Part shown: positions 54,386 through 64,000 of the stretch, piece by piece
Numbering within the stretch: the first letter of the stretch is position 1
Layout of the letters: every line of letters begins with the position of its first letter
DNA from: Octopus vulgaris
Lineage: Eukaryota
DNA: 64,000 nt
Assembly (NCBI GenBank): GCA_951406725.2
Contig: OX597826.1
Location: 41,354,001 to 41,418,000 of the forward strand
Direction: 5' to 3'
Program-made: the position numbers and the translations under genes
Notes under the pieces: model-generated
Told to the model about the DNA's origin: nothing
The model's input: the letters and a program-made list of their open reading frames with translations, nothing else
Database searches by the model: none

Positions 54386-54397
54386 TTGTTTGTTCCT

Positions 54398-54690
54398 TCT
54401 CGAGTTATGCCTGGCTCATAAGGACCGGTTTCCCGGTTTCCTTGGCGTACAGGTTCCCCACCTGGACGGGACGCCGGTCCGTCGCAGGTTAGCTGCAAGA
54501 TGCAGGAGGAAAGAGTGAGAGAAAGTTGTGGTGAAAGAGTTAGCAGAAGTTCGCCATTACCTTCTGACGGAGCCGCGTGGAGCTTAGGTATTTTGCTCAT
54601 AGACACACACATCGCCCGGTCTGAGATTCGAACCCGCGATCCCTCGACCGCGAGTCCGCTGCTCTAACCACTAGGACATGTGCCTCCCCG
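54398..54690 (-). mobile_element. SINE family C
   Basis: tRNA-like head tagtggttagagcagcggactcgcggtcgagggatcgcgggttcgaatc. Confidence 0.85.
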
Positions 54691-54691
54691 C

Positions 54692-54780
<89 letters not shown>

Positions 54781-54784
54781 CATA

Positions 54785-56030
54785 CAAGGGGTGGACAGAA
54801 TAATGGAAACCCCTTAAAATTTCAAACAAATTTCATCTCAATATGAGGTAGGACCGCCTTTGGCAGTAATTACAGCTTGAATTCTACGAGGTAGACAAAA
54901 TTTTTGTCCATTCTTCAGCTAAAATAGTCTCCAGTTCTTGTAGAGGATGGTGGAGGATATCGACTCCTTTCTTGTTTTTTTTCTAAAATGCACCATAACT
55001 GCTCAGTAGTATTGAGATCTGGGGGCTGTGATAGCTAGATATGATGTTCAACTTCACTATAATGTTCCTCGTGCCTTTCAATAACAGCTTAAGCTGTGTG
55101 AATTGGTGAATTGTCATCCTGAAAGATTGTGCATCCCTCTGGAAACAGTTTCGCAACCATAGGATGAATTTGCTCAGATAAAATGCTTCAATAGTCTTGA
55201 CTATTAATTCTGCCCTGAAGGGAAACCATTGGACCGGCGGATTTCCAAGATACAGCGCCCCGATCATTACAGATCTTCCTCCATGTTTTACAGTTGGAAG
55301 AACGCAGTCTGGGTCAAATGCTTCTTTTGGCTGTCTCCACACGTATACTCGGCCAGTGGTCGGAAATAAGGTAAAGGATGACTAGTCAGAGAAAATAACA
55401 TTCTTCTACTGCTCTAGGAATCAATTCTGTAGGATTTTACTCTACTCCAAACGCTTTGCAACGTTTTTTTTTCTGAAAGTAGTGGTTTTCTGATTGCAGC
55501 CCTCCCGTGAAATCCAGCTATGTGCAGCTACCGGCGAACTGTTTTTGTGGAAACTATGTTCTCGAGGTGGTCATTAAGCTCTGCAGTAATTTTGGGAGCT
55601 GTACTTTTGTGATCCTTTCTATCATTTTCGCGCAAGGGTCCGACGGTTCCTATCTGAGAGTTGAGGTTTTCTTCCGGAGTTTTGTTTCGAAGAGGTTTTT
55701 CCCTCTTTCTCAAAGACTGTCATTACTTTCGAGACAGTACTTCTTGATACACCAGACATTTCGGATGTTTTCGTTACGCTAGCGCCTGCCATACGAGCAT
55801 CAACAATTCGACCTCTTTGAAAGTCCGATAGATCTGTCATTTTAATGACTTTCAATTACCTTTTTCTGATGATGTCCGAAAAAAACCCAGAAATTTTAAC
55901 CAAGCATATTAAGCAACACTAATAATACGCCAAAAAACATAAAAATAAACAAGCTTTTGATGGTTTTATTGATATTTCAAAATTATGATGCTATGATGCT
56001 AGGTGTTTCCATTATTTTGTCCAACCCCTG
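54785..56030 (-). mobile_element. Tc1-family DNA transposon, inactive
   Basis: TIRs CAAGGGGTGGACAGAATAATGGAAAC / GTTTCCATTATTTTGTCCAACCCCTG; TA on the left, CA on the right. Confidence 0.9.
54838..55840 (-). pseudogene. Tc1 transposase pseudogene (DD34E-type)
   Basis: MTDLSDFQRGRIVDARMAGASVTKTSEMSGVSRSTVSKV, SGRKPQLS, VWRQPKE, PTVKHGG, FQDDNSPIH, PDLNTTEQLW, KGGPTSY*. Confidence 0.9.
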
Positions 56031-56032
56031 CA

Positions 56033-56092
<60 letters not shown>

Positions 56093-56192
56093 TGTATGTA
56101 TGTATGTATGTATGTATGTATGTATGTATGTATGTATGTATGTAGGTATGTATGTATGTAGATAGGTAGATAAAGCTAGATATGGCCGGTCT

Positions 56193-56341
56193 ATGGGGTT
56201 ACCCTGGGTTTCACATCCATAAAGCGCTTAGTTTTACTGCGCCTCTTCAGACCATAAATCTGTTGGTCAACAGGTTTTAGGGTCTGAAGAAACACTGTAA
56301 AGCTAACCGCTTTATGGACGTGAAATCCAGAGTAATCCCAT
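56193..56341. repeat. ~150-nt imperfect foldback palindrome
   Basis: atggggttaccctgggtttcacatccataaagcg...ctgttg-gt-caacagg...cgctttatggacgtgaaatccagagtaatcccat. Confidence 0.88.
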
Positions 56342-56467
56342 TAGGGTATTTAGCATACCACTTACTTTAAGCAGAGGCATCGCTCCAAAACCACAAATGA
56401 CTCAATTAAAATACACACTGCTAATGCAACAAATATAACAGAAATAGGATACCTTACATGGAATATA

Positions 56468-56797
56468 GGACTTATTCGTTGTAAGCCTAGTACTTATTCT
56501 AGCGTTCTCTTATGCCGAACCGCTAAGTTACGGGGACGTAAACACACCTACTTCGGTTGTCAAGCGAATGTGGGGGGAAATACAGACACAAAGACACTCA
56601 CATAAATAAAGACACAAACACACACATACACACACACATACACACACACACATATACGATGGGTCTCTTTCAGTTTCCGTCTATCAAATCCACTCACAAG
56701 GCTTTGGTCGGCCCGAGGATATAGTAGACTGAACCCAGAACCATGTGGGACTGAACGCAGAACAATGTGGTTCGGAAGCAAGCTTTTTACCACACAG
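56468..56797 (-). mobile_element. SINE family B, diverged partial
   Basis: Reverse-complement similarity to family B. Confidence 0.75.
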
Positions 56798-56914
56798 GCA
56801 TGTTTACTTGATTATTCAACCACTATTTTACTATATCAATAGCGGCTGGTTTTGCCCTATCATGTGGTTGCCGGCGAACATTTGCTACTGATGAACCCCA
56901 GAGAGGCAAAAATA

Positions 56915-58218
56915 TTGGGTTGGCAACTAAGTTACCGCCGTTTAAAAAAAAATTTTTTTTTAAAGGTTTAATAAAAAAAATAACTAATTAATCAATAATG
57001 TATTCACCCTTGTTGTTTACAACTTCTTCCCAAGATTTTCAATACCTCGTTGGTAGAAATCACCCGATTTCGACTCTAAATATTGATCCAACCAAGCTCT
57101 CAATTCTACATCAGTATTGAACGAAACTCCGTGCATAGCATTTGAAAGAGATCGAAATAGCTGGAAATCCGTTGGTGCCAAATCAGGAGAATACGGCGGG
57201 TGTAGCAACACTTCTCAGCCATGCGTTTGAATGGCTTCCTTGTTCATATTGGCGACATGAGGGCGGGCGTTGTCGTGCAGCAGGACTCCATGCTGCCGAT
57301 TAGATCTTTTTCTTGAATAGCCGCGTTGAGTCGTTCCATCTGTTGACCACAGAGTTCCGCGTTGACCGTTTGGTTCCGTTCAAGCAATTCGTAATGGATA
57401 ATCCATTCCCAGTTCCACCATACGCACAACATTGTTTTACGCAGATGAAGATCTTGTTTCACGCGCGGTGTCGCTTGTTCACCGAGGCTAAGCTATTCCT
57501 TAAGCTGCTTCATATTGATGTACAGGCACCATTTTTCATCGCCAGTAACGATTCGGTAAAGAAATCGTTGCTTGTGTCCATGCGCTGAGCGGTGACGAGC
57601 AAGCAAACCAGCGGAGATTGTGGCTCGTTGATTTTTGTTATTGTCACTTAAAGTATGTGGAACCCATGCTTCATACTTCTGAACTTTTCTCATCGAGTGA
57701 AGATGCTTCTGTATAGCAGTGTGGGAGCATTCCCTTTTCTCTGCCAGTTCCCTTGTCGTTTGACGTGAATTTTCGTGCAAAAGTTGGTTTAATCGCCCTT
57801 CATCGAACTCAAATGGACGGCCAGAACGAGGTGCGTCTCTGAGGTAAAATTTCCATTTTTGAACTTGGTATACCAATCACGAGCGGTTCTTTCAGCTATG
57901 GCACCCTCTCCATACACAGCACAAATGTCGCGAGCAGCTTTTGCGGCCTTAGAACCTTGATTAAAAGCCGAAAGAAGAAGGTGTCGAAAACGCTCGTTTT
58001 TCTTAACTTGACATTCCATTTTAATGATCTGAAAATAAACAAAAATTAACTAAAATTAACTAGAAAAAACAAAACAAAACAAAATAGATTCTAAAATGAT
58101 TCAAAAATAGAATTCTCGAAAAAAATAGATTCCAAACATTAAAAACGCAAAAAAAAAGAGACAAAAACAAGCAAAAAAAAAACCCCAAAAAACGGCGGGA
58201 ACTTACTTGCCAACCCAA
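56915..58218 (-). mobile_element. Mariner DNA transposon (second family), near full length, inactive
   Basis: TIRs TTGGGTTGGCAACTAAGTTACCGCCGTTT / AAACGGCGGGAACTTACTTGCCAACCCAA with TA TSD; 1304 bp. Confidence 0.93.
56988..58019 (-). pseudogene. Mariner transposase pseudogene
   Basis: MECQVKKNERFRHLLL, PRSGRP, WVPHTL, RIVTGDEKWCLY, HPPYSPDLAPTDFQLFRSL; frameshifted. Confidence 0.92.
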
Positions 58219-58408
58219 TACATATTTAGCAATGCCATCACCGCTGCTGGCCGATTTTCGTCTGCTAAAGATATATTTCTGTGTTTCTTAACACTATACG
58301 CTTATAAGAAATGCTATCTCGATACTAATACCGCATTTACCCGGCTTTAAATACGATACACATATTGTTATTTTAAACTAACACTGATTCTGTCTCTTAT
58401 AACTAATA

Positions 58409-58780
58409 CTAGCAGTATCGCCCGGCGTTGCTCGGGTTTGTAAGGGAAATAACTATAAAGCATTTTTAGAGAGTTATAGCCAAAAAATGGAAAAAAAATG
58501 ATGGTAAATTTTTTTTTTAGTTAAAAAGGTCGAGTTGCGTCCCCTAGACAGTCTGTGGTTTGTGTTTCTGATTCTCGACCCCATGTCGAATTTATCGATT
58601 TTTTTCAGAACTGGGGGAACTTTCCAAAATTTTCGCTGCGTTAGTTTTGAATTATGACATTGGGCTATGTGTGTGTCAAGTTTCATCAGAATCGGTTGAA
58701 AGCCGTGGTCAGGGTGAGGGTACAACCTAACAGACACACAGAAACACACACAGACAAACTGCCGTTTATATATAGAGAGA
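58409..58780 (-). mobile_element. Non-autonomous Helitron
   Basis: A|TCTCTCTATATATAAA ... hairpin ... CTAG|T; 3' ~70 bp near-identical to the 51915 copy. Confidence 0.8.
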
Positions 58781-60040
58781 TATACATATATATATATATA
58801 TATATGCACACACATATAACATACACTCGCAAACGAATTGCTAGTGAGTTAAAAGTGTTTCTTTTCATTGCTATAATGTACAATAAGCACATCTACAACA
58901 TTTTTTTTTAGCTCAAAACTCCAAGTTAAAACCAATTGTAAACAACACGTCTACAGCATGAAAACTTATCTTTCTTTGTCTCTACCTTCCGATCTGTCTC
59001 TCTCTATATTCCGGTCCGTCCTTCGGTCTGTCTGTCAGTCTGCCTGTCTGTCTGTTTATCTGTCTGTTTGTCTGTCTGTCTCTCTTTGTCCCCCTCTCTC
59101 TCTATCTAGGAGTTTGACAAACTAGACGGTTCTCTAAGCTTACGAATATGCATTTCATGATAAACAGAGTAAAGAATTACCTATCTCCCGGTTCAATATA
59201 CATCGTATTTCAATTGTTGAATGCGATCTAGTCTCATAACTGTTCTGTATTTTAATTCATACCATTACAATTAATATTTAACTTTCTCAAATTGCTTCAT
59301 TTTATTGTAACTTTATTCTTCCTCTTAAAACATCAGTTAAACCAATTTTTCATTTTCTTGAATTTTACCTTTTCTCTCTTCATCTTTCAGTCACTCACAT
59401 CAATAATACAGAGATTTCTTTATACATAAATAATTTTAATTCTCAATTTTATTATTCTTTCTTCTTCTTCGACCTCACACAATCCTTGCATTTCCTTCCT
59501 TTTCTCTCTAATTTGCCCTTTCATCTTTGCTTTTCCTCATTTTTCTCCTCCTCATTTTCCTCTTTTTTCCCATATCTTTCTATCCTTTGTACTTCAGTAA
59601 CATAAATCTCAATAAATAGACTTTATCAATGCTAACCTTATCTGTTTCCAGCAATCAAATTACGTAATTACTTTAATAAAGAGAACCTAAATGATCTAAT
59701 GATATGTATGTAAAGTGAATAATCTACCACACATATGATATGATTATATGCATGTCCGTTCTTTGTGTATTTATCTTTTACTTGTTTCAGCCATTAGACG
59801 TTGTGGTGGGTGGGGCGACAGTAGAAGACACTTGCCCAAGATGTAACACAGTGGAACTGAACACGGAACCATGTGGTTGGAAAGCAAACTTCTTGCCACA
59901 CAGCCACTCCTGCGCTTATTGCGCGCGCGCGCGTATGAGTATTACATTCATACATACATACATACATATACTTGACCGTCGCTCACCTCTTCATTTTTAG
60001 CGAAAAGAAACGTTGAAAATGTCCCCATGAACTTTCTTAA

Positions 60041-60101
<61 letters not shown>

Positions 60102-60577
60102 CTGAAACACTGATACAGAGAGATAAGCTTTTTTCAGAATTATTTACTTTGAATTGTTATTATCTCATATCTGATTAGCCTGTTATTACGTAACACGCTT
60201 CACGATTTTAGTATACATACCTTATTAGTATTTCCTCCTAAGTTCTATATACTCTGGGAACGCATCAAAGCCCTTTTCGGGGCTACTTTATTTGAATTCT
60301 TACCATCGGGTAATTATTTTATGTTATTACATAACTGACATCACAATTTGGGTATTCATAACTTATTGGAAATTCCTAAAAATAAGATCCTGTGTAAAAC
60401 AGTTCGGTATTCTCAATAAATGCACAAAAACCGTTTTAAGGGCTACATACTTTGTATTGTTGTTACTGGATTAGCGAAACAATTATGAGAACGAAAGCAA
60501 GGGATAAGCCCCGTTTTCCCGGGAATTACCGGGTACATCAGCTAGTATATATATATATTTCTTTTCTTTCTTTTCTT

Positions 60578-60975
60578 TTACTTGTTTCAGTCATTGACTG
60601 CGGCCATGCTGGAGCACCGCCTTTAATCGAGCAAATCGACCCCGGGACTTATTCTTTTGTAAGCCCAGTACTTATTCTATCGGTCTCTTTTGCCGAACCG
60701 CTAAGTGACGGGGACGTAAACACACCAGCTTCGGTTGTCAAGCAATGCTAGGGGGACAAACACAGACACACAAACATACACACAAACATACACACGCGTA
60801 TATATATATACATATATACGACTGGCTTCTTTCAGTTTCCGTCTACCAAATCCACTCACAAGGCTTTGGTCGGCCCGAGGCTATAGTAGAAGACACTTGC
60901 CCAAGGTGCCACGCAGTGGGACTGAACCCGGAACCATGTGGTTGGTAAACACGCTACTTACCACACAGCCACTCA
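60578..60975 (-). mobile_element. SINE family B, young full-length copy
   Basis: Reverse complement of the 13533 layout. Confidence 0.9.
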
Positions 60976-61148
60976 TAAATAAAATAATATATATATATAT
61001 TTGACCCTCTGCAAATCCCAAATTTTATTTTCGTTGGCGGGAGCAACTGTTTTTCGAAGCCTCATATTCTCGTTAATTGCTCGAAATGTGGAGTAGATGA
61101 ACAGCCGACAACTGCTGAAGGGTCGTTCTTTATGTTACTTGTCTTGTT

Positions 61149-61990
<842 letters not shown>

Positions 61991-62332
61991 ATACATATAC
62001 ATACATGCATAAATACATACGTACACACACATATATATCATGCGCCCACACGGTATATATTACGTATATATATATTAGCAGTGTTTGCTTGTGTATATAG
62101 GATGTAGGTTTAAATACACACTGACATCTACATGCTGTAGAGATATCCGCTCCGACCAGTAAAATTGCTCACGATCTTTTTCTTTCTTCTTTTTAAATAC
62201 TTATTAAACAGATTTTCAATTAAAAACACGAAAAGACACACAGACAGAAACACACACATACATACACACACAAACACACAATAAGGAAACCAAAAACAAA
62301 AGAACAAAACAAAACAATGTTATTGCTAGTCG

Positions 62333-62334
<2 letters not shown>

Positions 62335-62395
<61 letters not shown>

Positions 62396-62509
62396 CCTCG
62401 CACAGTCTCTTAACTCACTAAATGTCTCTCTCTCCGTCTTTCACCTTCATCCCTCTTTCCCTCTCCCTAAAACTGTCTTCATTTCTGTATAAACACACAC
62501 ACACACACA

Positions 62510-62562
<53 letters not shown>

Positions 62563-62579
62563 ACTTTCCTTTCGCACAC

Positions 62580-62626
<47 letters not shown>

Positions 62627-62740
62627 CCTCGCACAGTCTCTTAACTCACTAAATGTCTCTCTCTCCGTCTTTCACCTTCATCCCTCTTTCCCTCTCCCTA
62701 AAACTGTCTTCATTTCTGTATAAACACACACACACACACA

Positions 62741-62805
<65 letters not shown>

Positions 62806-62822
62806 ACTTTCCTTTCGCACAC
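62335..62822. repeat. 231-bp direct tandem duplication
   Basis: ctcctcgcacagtctcttaactcactaaatgtctc repeated 231 bp apart. Confidence 0.9.
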
Positions 62823-63012
62823 TAAATCTATCTCTCTCTCCCTCACCCTTTCAGTCTTTCTTCTCTCCAACTAATCTATCTATCTCTCTTCCTCTATATC
62901 TGTCTCTCTCCCTTTTCTCTCCCCCTTTTCCCTTTCTTAATCTGTCTACCTTTCTATATAAACATACACACTCCTTCCACGCAATAAATCTTATCTTTTT
63001 CTAAAATTGCTG

Positions 63013-63172
63013 TGAGTTCAAATTCCGCCGAGGTCGACTTTGCCTTTCATCCTTTCGGGGTCGATAAATTAAATACCAGTTACGCACTGGGGTCGATGTA
63101 ATCGACTTAATACCTATATCTGTCCTTGTTTGTCCCCTCTATGTTTAGCCCCTTGTGGGTAATAAAGAAATA
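63013..63172 (+). mobile_element. SINE family A, 5'-truncated
   Basis: gagttcaaattccgccgaggtcgac...gcccttgtgggtaataaagaaata. Confidence 0.85.
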
Positions 63173-63185
63173 TATCTCACCATAT

Positions 63186-63680
63186 ACTCACTCATCCACT
63201 CATCCACTCACTCACTCACTCACTCACTCACTCACTCACTCACTCACTCACTCACTCACTCACTCACTCATCCACTCATCCACTCACTCACTCACTCACT
63301 CACTCACTCACTTACTCACTCACTCACTCACTCTCTCACTCACCCACTCACTCACTCACTCACTCACACACTCACTCACTCACTCACTCACTTACCCACT
63401 CACTCACTCATCCACTCACTCACTCACTCACTAACTCACTCACCCACCCACTCACTCACCCACTCACTCACTCACCCACTCACTCACTCACTCACTCACT
63501 CACTCACTCACTCACTCACTCACTCACTCACTCACTCACTCACTCACTCACTCACTCACTCACTCACTCACTCACTCACTCACTCACTCATCCACTCACT
63601 CACTCACTCACTCACTCTCACTCACTCACTCACTCACTCACTCACTCACTCTCTCACTCACTCACTCACTCACTCACTCT
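63186..63680. repeat. (CTCA)n array
   Basis: Directly visible. Confidence 0.95.
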
Positions 63681-63693
63681 ATCTCTCTCTCAC

Positions 63694-63726
<33 letters not shown>

Positions 63727-64000
63727 GTCTCTCTGTCTCTCTGTTTCTGTCTCTCTCTGTCTCTCTCTGTCTCTCTGTCTCTCTCTATCTCTCTCTCTCT
63801 CTCTCCCCACACACTCCCATTCTCTTTCGGTACACCAAAGATATTCTTTGAGCTAAATATATACATTTGACAAAAACTCACTTCCTGTCCTTCATAGTTT
63901 CTCTGCGATTTTCGTCTATTTTCGGTACAACAGACATGTTGTGGTTTCGTTTACTTTCTCCTCTTTGTCTTCCATCAATTCCGAAAGTTGTATTTCAAGT

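Overview
AT-rich, microsatellite-saturated animal DNA with no recognisable intact host protein-coding gene. Nearly all ORFs in the track are translations of simple repeats. The SINE families and repeat landscape resemble octopus/coleoid cephalopod DNA; this is inference from memory, not a search. Contents: many copies of at least three tRNA-derived SINE families, two near-full-length dead mariners (DD34D checked in one), a dead Tc1 element, an older mariner relic, hAT-, Merlin- and pogo-like MITEs, three non-autonomous Helitrons, RTE-LINE and gag/ORF1 fragments, a decayed Penelope-like element (RT + GIY-YIG), and a U6 snRNA 3' fragment joined to a retroposon tail. The most notable signal is hammerhead-ribozyme-bearing non-coding retroelements. 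A 558-bp unit at 26342-27803 occurs as a tandem pair plus an inverted copy, each carrying a type I hammerhead (retrozyme / Penelope pLTR-like, a candidate circular-RNA source). A second four-copy family carries a minimal hammerhead with a variant CUGUNGA core. Several long inverted repeats and a locally templated insertion are also present.
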